Counted from the stretch's first letter, positions 9,231 to 15,417 are shown. The stretch is 64,000 bases of DNA from Pseudomonadota bacterium (GCA_041191345.1 JBEEOY010000114.1:2143-66142); one strand, 5' to 3'. Made by a program: numbers and translations. The notes: generated by a model from the sequence alone, not told the origin.

Positions 9231-9767
9231 ATGAAACTCTCTCCCACCCGGCTTGCGCTGGCCAGCATTGCGCTGAGCGCAATGACCCCAGCAGCCAATG
9301 CGGCCCAATCCATCTCGCTCAGCCCGGCTGCGCCCGATGGGTCGATTTCAGGCAGTTTTCAGAATGTTGCCATTCCAGGTGGCAGCTTTAGCAATATCTT
9401 CAACTTCACGCTGCCCAGTGCGGGTGACTTGAATGCGACGATATCCTCGATCTTTAGGCAGGCGCAGAACAATAATGTCGATTTCACGGGCGTCACGCTG
9501 AACGGTCAGGCCTTAACCATTGGCTCGACCGGCAATGTAGAGTTCCGCTTTCTGAATGGGCTTGGGGTCAATTCCGGCCCACAGACACTGGCTGTAAATG
9601 GCAGCAGCGGCGGCAATGGAAGCTATGCTGGCACTTTGTCCTTTGCACCACAGCTGGCGGGCGTGCCTGAACCCGCTGCTTGGGCCACACTGATCTTAGG
9701 CTTCGCGCTTGTTGGCACAAGTATGCGCCGCAACCGCCCATCAAAGCTGCAGAAAGTCTCTGCCTAG
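9231..9767 (+). CDS. PEP-CTERM sorting-domain secreted protein (PEPxxWA variant; FxDxF-like N-domain)
   Basis: Signal peptide MKLSPTRLALASIALSAMTPAANA. C-terminus VPEPAAWATLILGFALVGTSMRRNR (PEP motif, TM helix, basic tail). RBS AAAGG 7 nt before ATG 9231; the ORF-track TTG at 9216 is less likely. Confidence 0.8.
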   Translation: MKLSPTRLALASIALSAMTPAANAAQSISLSPAAPDGSISGSFQNVAIPGGSFSNIFNFTLPSAGDLNATISSIFRQAQNNNVDFTGVTLNGQALTIGSTGNVEFRFLNGLGVNSGPQTLAVNGSSGGNGSYAGTLSFAPQLAGVPEPAAWATLILGFALVGTSMRRNRPSKLQKVSA

Positions 9768-9775
9768 CTCCAAAT

Positions 9776-9804
9776 GGCGTCTGCAGCGCGGCGCGCCAGA
9801 CGCC
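9776..9804 (+). terminator. GC-rich hairpin just after the PEP-CTERM stop (8-bp stem ggcgtctg/cagacgcc), no U-tract
   Basis: Inverted repeat read directly. No T-run follows, so function is uncertain. Confidence 0.25.
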
Positions 9805-9845
9805 CCTGCGATGATAGAATGAGACTGATTGTCCTCACAATGGAT

Positions 9846-9881
9846 CAAAAAATGGCCCGCCGCTCAAACAAGCGACGGGCC
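9846..9881 (-). terminator. rho-independent terminator on the minus strand (10-bp stem, one mismatch, then AUUUUUU)
   Basis: Minus strand reads ggcccgtcgcttgtttgagcggcgggccATTTTTTga. Confidence 0.6.
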
Positions 9882-10015
9882 AATAAGGCTGGCGCACGCC
9901 AGCCCTGTCCACTCCGACGCCGGGAACAGGCACCCGGCTTTTTGTTAGACCACTCGTTACCCACCGCGCCACAGGGTTGGGGGAGGGAGGAACGCGGCAG
10001 CCGACAGTCCAACGC
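9847..10015 (-). ncRNA. candidate EcfG-dependent small RNA (~170 nt, GsrN-like) with a C-rich loop and an intrinsic terminator
   Basis: No credible ORF. GGAAC-N16-CATT promoter at 10022-10046. Four stem-loops on the minus strand: 9964-9997 (loop UUCCUCCCUCCCCCAACCCUGUGG), 9919-9938, 9887-9904, and the terminator 9854-9881 followed by AUUUUUU. Confidence 0.45.
9919..9946 (+). terminator. rho-independent terminator on the plus strand (gccggg/cccggc stem followed by TTTTTGTT), probable 3' end of the PEP-CTERM transcript
   Basis: Reads gccgggaacaggcacccggcTTTTTgtt. It lies inside the candidate minus-strand sRNA. Confidence 0.5.
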
Positions 10016-10021
10016 CAAGAA

Positions 10022-10046
10022 AATGACAAAAGCGACCTTTTGTTCC
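10022..10046 (-). promoter_or_regulatory. EcfG-like promoter candidate, GGAAC-N16-CATT, driving the candidate sRNA
   Basis: Minus strand reads GGAACaaaaggtcgcttttgtCATT. One mismatch to CGTT in the -10 element. Confidence 0.4.
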
Positions 10047-10203
10047 ACGCCTCAAAAAATGCCTTACTGCGCGCCAGATCTGCGCACAGCAAATGCCGCA
10101 TCATCTGGGCGAAATGGTCCTCGAAACAAGCATTTCTGACGTAAGTGACAACACCGCATACTAACGAAAACCAATAGCTATCAGTCGCGACAGTCAACAA
10201 AAG

Positions 10204-10228
10204 GGAACGAAATTCTCTCTCATGCGTT
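10204..10228 (+). promoter_or_regulatory. EcfG-type promoter, perfect GGAAC-N16-CGTT, upstream of the Crp/Fnr gene
   Basis: Reads GGAACgaaattctctctcatgCGTT. The -10 element lies 32 nt upstream of GTG 10260. Confidence 0.6.
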
Positions 10229-10259
10229 TTTCCAGTGCAAGAGAAGGGGATGACAGACT

Positions 10260-10994
10260 GTGTTTTACGAAGCCCACCAGCAACGCGAGACTTGGGTTCC
10301 GCCCATGCAATGCGAAGACAATGTCGATCGGCTCGTCGGATCATCATTTAATCTGCGGCAGCATCAACATTTAGCGCGCGGGTCAGAGCGACCCGATTTT
10401 CTGTATCAAATTAACCATGGTTGGGCCGGGCGATACCGGCTTTTATCAGACGGGCGGCGCCAAATTACAGCGCTTTATTTGCCCGGGGATGTATGCGATC
10501 CCTGTTGGCTAGATGGCGGGCGCACGGTGCAATCCGTTGTCGCACTGACGCCATTGCAAACCACGCGGGCGCAAAGGCGCGACTTGGAAGCGCAAGTGTC
10601 CCTTGATCCAGAGCAGATGAAGTTCCTCTGGCGCCAAGCCCGCCTGGCCCAACAAATTCATGCCGAATGGCTGGTCAATTTGGGACGAAAAAATGCCATG
10701 GAGCGGCTGTCGCACTTATTGTGTGAACTCTATTGCCGCCTCTCCATTTCGGGACATGCCTCAGGCACCAGCTGCGAAATGCCGCTGACCCAGCTTGATT
10801 TGGCAGACCTTGCCGGGCTGACCCCGGTACATGTCAACCGCACACTTCAAGAGATGCGGGCCATGCGGCTTATTGAATTGCAGTCCCGTCGCCTGACCAT
10901 TCTGGATTGGACGGCCATGCGACGTATGGCGTGGTTTGACCCACATTATCTGGGCATCCCCTCGCCGTCTCAACGACTGCAAGTCGCCGCATAA
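10260..10994 (+). CDS. Crp/Fnr family transcriptional regulator
   Basis: 244 aa. cNMP-binding-like N-domain and C-terminal HTH LADLAGLTPVHVNRTLQEMRAMRLIE. The start is either GTG 10260 or ATG 10305. Confidence 0.85.
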   Translation: MFYEAHQQRETWVPPMQCEDNVDRLVGSSFNLRQHQHLARGSERPDFLYQINHGWAGRYRLLSDGRRQITALYLPGDVCDPCWLDGGRTVQSVVALTPLQTTRAQRRDLEAQVSLDPEQMKFLWRQARLAQQIHAEWLVNLGRKNAMERLSHLLCELYCRLSISGHASGTSCEMPLTQLDLADLAGLTPVHVNRTLQEMRAMRLIELQSRRLTILDWTAMRRMAWFDPHYLGIPSPSQRLQVAA

Positions 10995-11020
10995 GCGCTT
11001 TCCCTGGCAGGAAAAAGGGA

Positions 11021-11049
11021 AAGGCCGGCCCCATGGGACCGGCCTTTTC
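11021..11049 (+). terminator. rho-independent terminator after the Crp/Fnr gene
   Basis: Reads aaggccggccccatgggaccggccTTTTc. A second hairpin (ctttccc/gggaaag, 10997-11022) precedes it. Confidence 0.6.
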
Positions 11050-11178
11050 ATGCGCCCCCCTTCATGCGCGCGAGAACAGCTGCGATCTGCAGCCCCGGCA
11101 CAAGCGGCATGCCACGCCATTGCGGCACTCTGTCTGACATAAATTTCAAAAGACCCGCTTAAACTTCTGACAACTAGC

Positions 11179-11203
11179 GGACCTTGCGGCGCTCTTCCTC
11201 GTT
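11179..11203 (+). promoter_or_regulatory. EcfG-type promoter candidate, GGACC-N16-CGTT
   Basis: Reads GGACCttgcggcgctcttcctCGTT. The -10 element lies 29 nt upstream of ATG 11232. Confidence 0.5.
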
Positions 11204-11231
11204 CTCGCGTTAGCAAGAAGGAGATTGTGTC

Positions 11232-11588
11232 ATGTCCAGCGACCAGCCAAAATCAAAGACCAAGACAAAGCAAAACAAATCGGCCCGCATGGCAGAAGAC
11301 ACCCTGCCCGCGCCCACTCAAGACGCGCTGATAACATTGGGTAAAATTGCGCTGGGGGCCGCCGCTGTTACCAGTGCGGCAGTCTATACATGGCGCCGGA
11401 TGCGCGCAGATGCTGGGGACCAAGGCGGTGCGGCAGCCTTTGCGCCAGGTGAGCAAGCCAAGGGAAATTTTGATCAGACCCGTTCAGCCGGGCCAGAGGC
11501 CATGCGCGATCATCCCGGGGAAAACTGGGATAAAGTTGATCAGGCGGCTGACGAATCTTTCCCAGCAAGTGACCCGCCCAGTCGTTAA
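11232..11588 (+). CDS. small single-TM protein of unknown function with a C-terminal ESFPASDPPS motif
   Basis: 118 aa. Strong RBS AAGGAG 7 nt upstream of the ATG. Lys-rich N-terminus, one TM helix (ITLGKIALGAAAVTSAAVYTW), acidic tail. Confidence 0.6.
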   Translation: MSSDQPKSKTKTKQNKSARMAEDTLPAPTQDALITLGKIALGAAAVTSAAVYTWRRMRADAGDQGGAAAFAPGEQAKGNFDQTRSAGPEAMRDHPGENWDKVDQAADESFPASDPPSR

Positions 11589-11791
11589 TCACGGCACCTA
11601 GGCCGCCGCATGGGCCCTGTGGCGAGGCTGGAGCGTTCTCGGCAGAGCTTGGGCACTCATAGGCCCCAATGGACCTTGGCTAGGTACGCTCCCCTTGTTG
11701 CTTCCTGTCATGGCTCTTGTGTCGCGGCGCAGCCGCGGACGCGTTGCTGAAACGATCAAAACGGGCCTGACAAAAGGATTGAACTTTCCGC

Positions 11792-12151
11792 ATGGAGACA
11801 CAGGCTGAAATTCTGGTCGTCGATGATGATCCCCTGCTGCGGCTCGGGATCATCGGTATGTTGAGGGAATGGGGCTATGCACCCATTGCCGCGCATGACC
11901 CGCAGCGCGCTTTGCCGCTGGCCTATGAAATGCCCGGGCTCAATGTGTTGATTACTGACTATCAGATGCCCGGCATGAACGGAATTGAACTGGCGCGGCT
12001 GATGGTAGAGATTTTACCGAAGCTTCATGTCTTAATTATCACTGGCAATGAAAATTTGCCCGATCATCTGTCCCCAGATTGGAAAATGCTGATCAAGCCC
12101 TTCACGCCCTATGACCTGAAACTGGCCTTGCACGATATGCGCCTCGGCTAG
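11792..12151 (+). CDS. single-domain response regulator (CheY-like receiver only)
   Basis: 119 aa. ILVVDDDP, the phospho-acceptor context LITDYQMPGMNG, and KPF near the C-terminus. Confidence 0.85.
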   Translation: METQAEILVVDDDPLLRLGIIGMLREWGYAPIAAHDPQRALPLAYEMPGLNVLITDYQMPGMNGIELARLMVEILPKLHVLIITGNENLPDHLSPDWKMLIKPFTPYDLKLALHDMRLG

Positions 12152-12168
12152 GCGCAAGCCAAACCGCG

Positions 12169-12750
12169 TTACTCCGCAGACGACAATGCAGTCGCACGGC
12201 TGCCTTTTTTTCCCGGCTTGGCGTCGTCTTCGAATGGAGGCCCGTCAATCAGGGCGGCCAGCGCCACGCGGCCACGCGCCAGACGACTTTTGATTGTTCC
12301 AATGGCACAGCCCATGATTTCCGCTGCCTCCTCATAAGAAACGCCATTGGCGCCAATGAGCAGCAAGACCTCTCTCTGTTCGGAAGGAAGCTTGAGGAGC
12401 GCTGCCTGAACATCCTGCACATTCAAGCCATCATGCTGGGCAGGCGCGACCACCAAAACCCGCTCTGCCACTTCGGGATCCCAAGAGACCATGCGCGCAT
12501 TTTTGCGCAAGGTTGTGTAATAATGGTTCCGCAGGATCATGAACATCCACGCCCGAAAATTAGAGCCGGGTGTATAGCTTTGCCGGGCGGCCCAAGCCCG
12601 CGTCATTGCATCTTGAACCATATCATCTGCGACATCACGATTGCCGCATAAGCCACGTGCAAAAGCGCGTAAGGCGGGAATGATGGCGACCAGCTGATCG
12701 CGAAAATCCTTATCGAGCTGTGCCGATATGGAAGGATCAGTGTCTGTCAT
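12169..12750 (-). CDS. ecfG: ECF sigma factor EcfG (general stress response sigma factor, ECF15 group)
   Basis: 193 aa. Region 2 DDMVQDAMTRAWAARQSY..FRAWMFMILRN. Region 4 SYEEAAEIMGCAIGTIKSRLARGR. ATGA overlap with the nepR stop. Divergent from phyR. Confidence 0.9.
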   Translation of the reverse strand: MTDTDPSISAQLDKDFRDQLVAIIPALRAFARGLCGNRDVADDMVQDAMTRAWAARQSYTPGSNFRAWMFMILRNHYYTTLRKNARMVSWDPEVAERVLVVAPAQHDGLNVQDVQAALLKLPSEQREVLLLIGANGVSYEEAAEIMGCAIGTIKSRLARGRVALAALIDGPPFEDDAKPGKKGSRATALSSAE

Positions 12751-12938
12751 TCCTCACCCGTCTGCCCAGAAATTTTACGTTCAATCTCACCGAGCAAACG
12801 CAGAAATTCATCTGGCAGAGGTTCAGCGACCACTTCATCATGCAGCCGCCGCAAGGCCGTTCCGACAGGATCATCCAATGGATTCATTTGCTCGCTTGAA
12901 GATCGGGCACCCTGTTCGGGCGCACTTTTCTTCGGCAT
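12747..12938 (-). CDS. nepR: anti-sigma factor NepR
   Basis: Signature ALRRLHDEVVAEPLPDEFLRLLGEI. ATG 12938 has AGGAG 9 nt upstream and gives a typical 63-aa NepR. The ORF-track GTG at 13007 is an alternative start. Confidence 0.8.
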   Translation of the reverse strand: MPKKSAPEQGARSSSEQMNPLDDPVGTALRRLHDEVVAEPLPDEFLRLLGEIERKISGQTGEE

Positions 12939-13055
12939 CGCGACTGACTCCTGTTGCTGCAAAGAAACTGCTTTAGTCACGATGTCCGATTTGCCTATAA
13001 AAGTCACCTAATTTGCCCCCTTGGACGGGTCAGCTTGCTGAACCGTGCTGGAGGA

Positions 13056-13080
13056 AACCAGCTGAGAAAGAATTTGTTCC
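13056..13080 (-). promoter_or_regulatory. EcfG-type promoter candidate for nepR-ecfG, GGAAC-N16-GGTT
   Basis: Minus strand reads GGAACaaattctttctcagctGGTT. Confidence 0.55.
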
Positions 13081-13087
13081 GACCATT

Positions 13088-13112
13088 GGAACTTTCTTTT
13101 TTTAGAAGGGTT
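13088..13112 (+). promoter_or_regulatory. EcfG-type promoter candidate for phyR, GGAAC-N16-GGTT
   Basis: Reads GGAACtttctttttttagaagGGTT. The -10 element lies 26 nt before ATG 13138. The -35 elements of the two divergent promoters form the palindrome gttccgaccattggaac. Confidence 0.55.
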
Positions 13113-13137
13113 TATAGCTCTTGAAGCGGGAGGACAT

Positions 13138-13920
13138 ATGCCATTCATGACAACTGTCGCAGCGGAGCTGCCCTATTTGCGCCGCTATGCGCGTGCCGTT
13201 ACCGGATCACAGGATTTGGGCGATGCGGCCGTGCGTGAGACGCTGGAGGCCTTGCTCGAGGCACCGCGTGAATTTGATCTTAAGAAACCAGCCAAGCTCG
13301 AACTGTATCGCATTTTTCATCATCTCTGGCGGTCTGAGACAATATCAGCGCTCAAATCTGCAGGCCCCATTGCGCATTTAACGCCGCGGTCGCGTCAAGC
13401 GCTGCTGCTGACAGCTGTTGAAGGATTCTCAATGGACGATGCGGCGCATATTCTGGGCGTTGCAGAGGGCGATGTGCGCGCCGACATAGAAACGGCGCGG
13501 GCGCAATTGGCGGATGAATTGGCCAGCGATGTGATGATTATTGAAGATGAAACCATCATCGCGCTCCACATTAAGGCAATTGTGCGTGATATTGGCCATC
13601 GCGTGGTGGGGGTAGCCCGCACGCATAGCGAAGCAGTGGAACTGGCGAGCAACACGACGCCAGAATTGGTTTTGGCGGATATCTGCTTGGCCGACGGATC
13701 AAGTGGCATCGACGCAGTGAAAGAGATTTTGTCCGGCATGGACGTGCCTGTCATCTTCGTCACGGCCTTCCCTGAAAGGCTGCTGACGGGCGAACGACCA
13801 GAGCCGACTTATCTTATCACCAAGCCATTTGACGCTGCGGTGCTGACGGCCACAATTGCCCAGGCCCTGCTTTTCCATCGCGAACAACAGGCGATGACGC
13901 GCGACCGGGCTGCTGCTTAA
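13138..13920 (+). CDS. phyR: anti-anti-sigma response regulator PhyR (sigma-like N-domain plus receiver)
   Basis: 260 aa. N-terminus AELPYLRRYARAVTGSQDLGDAAVRETLEALL (ECF sigma-like). Receiver VMIIEDETIIA..LVLADICLADGSSG..ITKPF. RBS GGGAGGA. Confidence 0.92.
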   Translation: MPFMTTVAAELPYLRRYARAVTGSQDLGDAAVRETLEALLEAPREFDLKKPAKLELYRIFHHLWRSETISALKSAGPIAHLTPRSRQALLLTAVEGFSMDDAAHILGVAEGDVRADIETARAQLADELASDVMIIEDETIIALHIKAIVRDIGHRVVGVARTHSEAVELASNTTPELVLADICLADGSSGIDAVKEILSGMDVPVIFVTAFPERLLTGERPEPTYLITKPFDAAVLTATIAQALLFHREQQAMTRDRAAA

Positions 13921-13970
13921 TTCATTTGGTTACACCTGGCGCGCACGCCAAAGAAAAGCGCCAGAAAACC

Positions 13971-13995
13971 GGACCCTGAGGCCCATCGGCACGTT
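13971..13995 (+). promoter_or_regulatory. EcfG-type promoter candidate, GGACC-N16-CGTT
   Basis: Reads GGACCctgaggcccatcggcaCGTT. The -10 element lies 30 nt upstream of ATG 14025. Confidence 0.5.
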
Positions 13996-14024
13996 GTGCT
14001 TCTTCTCAAGCGAAGGAGGACATC

Positions 14025-14501
14025 ATGGCGATTGAAGATCACCCCAAAGCCAGCAGCACCAAAGCCCGTCTCGGTGTCAAGCGACAGGGCAATACCTCAG
14101 GCCATAGCCCGGCACGGGGCAAAGGGCGGACGCAAACCAGTCCAAGTGCATTCAAGGATTGGGATAGCAGCGCGAACCCGCTGATTGCCTCAAACCGAGT
14201 AGAAGGGACTGCCGTCTTCGGCACCTCGCGCGAGCGCCTGGGCACAATTCAGCACATCATGATTGATAAGCTGAGCGGACAGTCTGAGTTTGCAGTTATG
14301 TCCTTTGGGGGCTTTTTGGGGATTGGCAGCGATTATTATCCCATTCCCTGGAACAAGCTGACCTATGACACTGAAGCTGGCGGTTATGTAATTGATATTA
14401 CACCTGAGCAGCTGACCAGCGCCCCAAGCTATGCGGCGCATGAAGAGCCTGATTATGGTGCGGACTATAGCGGCCAGATCGGGCGATATTACGGCCTATA
14501 G
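14025..14501 (+). CDS. PRC-barrel domain protein
   Basis: 158 aa. RBS GAAGGAGGA. PRC-barrel core NRVEGTAVFGTSRERLGTIQHIMIDKLSGQSEFAVMSFGGFLGIGSDYYPIPW. Confidence 0.8.
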   Translation: MAIEDHPKASSTKARLGVKRQGNTSGHSPARGKGRTQTSPSAFKDWDSSANPLIASNRVEGTAVFGTSRERLGTIQHIMIDKLSGQSEFAVMSFGGFLGIGSDYYPIPWNKLTYDTEAGGYVIDITPEQLTSAPSYAAHEEPDYGADYSGQIGRYYGL

Positions 14502-14506
14502 CGAAG

Positions 14507-14538
14507 AAGGGCGGCCGGCTCTGGCCGCCCTTTTCGTT
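14507..14538. terminator. bidirectional intrinsic terminator between the convergent PRC-barrel and hemerythrin genes
   Basis: Perfect 10-bp stem aagggcggcc/ggccgccctt with a 6-nt loop. TTTTCGTT follows on the plus strand and TTCTTC on the minus strand. Confidence 0.6.
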
Positions 14539-14559
14539 AAGACCACCTCGTAAAAAGGG

Positions 14560-15159
14560 TCAGGCCAGTTTTAACCCTTCTTTCCAGATGCGCGCTGTTG
14601 CTTGTTTATTCTCGTCGTCAGACATGGCCCGCTTGAGCCGAGGGAATAAATTGCCTTCTTCTCGCTGAACATGTTGTTCAATGAGTTTGGAGAGCTCCCG
14701 CACGCGCGTGAGATAGGCGCCATCCCGGCTATCCATTCGGTCCACATCATAAATGGCCTTTTTAATAGCGGCATGGTCTTCAAAAAGCTGGTCACCATCT
14801 TCTATCGCATCAATGCGTTGCAGCGCTGGGTAGATCGCATTTTCTTCTTCTATCGCGTGCTTAATCAACGCGTGTTTGATCTTGGCGAATAAGGCAGTCC
14901 GTTTGCCCGTTTCAGTTGCCTCCGTCTGGAGCAAGGTTTGGAACAGCGTCTCGACTGCCCGATGTTCAATTTGCAGCACTTCATCCCAATCGCGATTATG
15001 GGTCGCAGCTGATTGCACGGCCATTTTGCGGCCGATGCTGCCAGCAAGCCCAATTAATATGCCAGCCGCGGCGGCCCCAAGCGTCATCCCAATTTGGGTG
15101 CGGCTGAACCCTGTAGACGACCATTGAGCAGCGTGGTGTTCATTTGCCTGTGTTGCCAT
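14560..15159 (-). CDS. hemerythrin (HHE cation-binding) domain protein with an N-terminal Gly/Ala-rich hydrophobic segment
   Basis: HHE motifs IKHAIEEENAIYPAL and IEQHVQREEGNLFPRL. ATG 15159 has AAGGA 8 nt upstream; the ORF-track start is 15180. Hydrophobic stretch IGMTLGAAAAGILIGLAGSIG. Confidence 0.75.
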   Translation of the reverse strand: MATQANEHHAAQWSSTGFSRTQIGMTLGAAAAGILIGLAGSIGRKMAVQSAATHNRDWDEVLQIEHRAVETLFQTLLQTEATETGKRTALFAKIKHALIKHAIEEENAIYPALQRIDAIEDGDQLFEDHAAIKKAIYDVDRMDSRDGAYLTRVRELSKLIEQHVQREEGNLFPRLKRAMSDDENKQATARIWKEGLKLA

Positions 15160-15243
15160 GACAATCATCCTTTTTCGCAAAGCGAGAGAAAGGTGTATGC
15201 AGCAACAGGCCTTTGGTTCCCTCGGCAGGGGACAGGCGCGCGC

Positions 15244-15268
15244 GGAACAAGGTGAATAGCATCGCGTT
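15244..15268 (+). promoter_or_regulatory. EcfG-type promoter, perfect GGAAC-N16-CGTT
   Basis: Reads GGAACaaggtgaatagcatcgCGTT. The -10 element ends 8 nt before ATG 15277. Confidence 0.6.
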
Positions 15269-15276
15269 CACGCTCT

Positions 15277-15417
15277 ATGGATCATGAGGAACAGCATATC
15301 AGCACCGATCAGGCACGAGCCGGTTCTACACCGCATATCATGCGCTATGTGCTGGCCATCTCGGTTGCCCTGTCAGTCGCAGCCATGGCCATTATCTTGA
15401 TCAGTTCAGTCCAATAG
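15277..15417 (+). CDS. candidate 46-aa single-TM micro-protein (below the ORF-track size cutoff)
   Basis: My translation: MDHEEQHISTDQARAGSTPHIMRYVLAISVALSVAAMAIILISSVQ, stop TAG 15415-15417. Polar N-terminus plus one hydrophobic helix. Immediately downstream of a perfect EcfG promoter, so the mRNA would be leaderless or nearly so. Confidence 0.35.
   Translation: MDHEEQHISTDQARAGSTPHIMRYVLAISVALSVAAMAIILISSVQ

Noticed and set aside
9835-10347. 170-aa minus-strand ORF, and the nested 67-aa ORF 9845..10048, in the PEP-CTERM / Crp gap.
   Set aside because: Composition is Cys/Trp/Arg-rich. The longer ORF overlaps the Crp/Fnr start and its EcfG promoter and runs through four hairpins and a terminator. 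The region is better explained as a structured non-coding RNA. The 67-aa ORF cannot be strictly excluded.
10761-11216. 151-aa minus-strand ORF overlapping the 3' end of the Crp/Fnr gene and its terminator.
   Set aside because: It is antisense to a confident gene, spans an intrinsic terminator, and has no RBS or motifs.
15196-15220. EcfG-type promoter for the hemerythrin gene (GGAAC on the minus strand at 15220-15216).
   Set aside because: The sequence at N16/N17 is CATA/ATAC rather than CGTT or GGTT, so it is not called.
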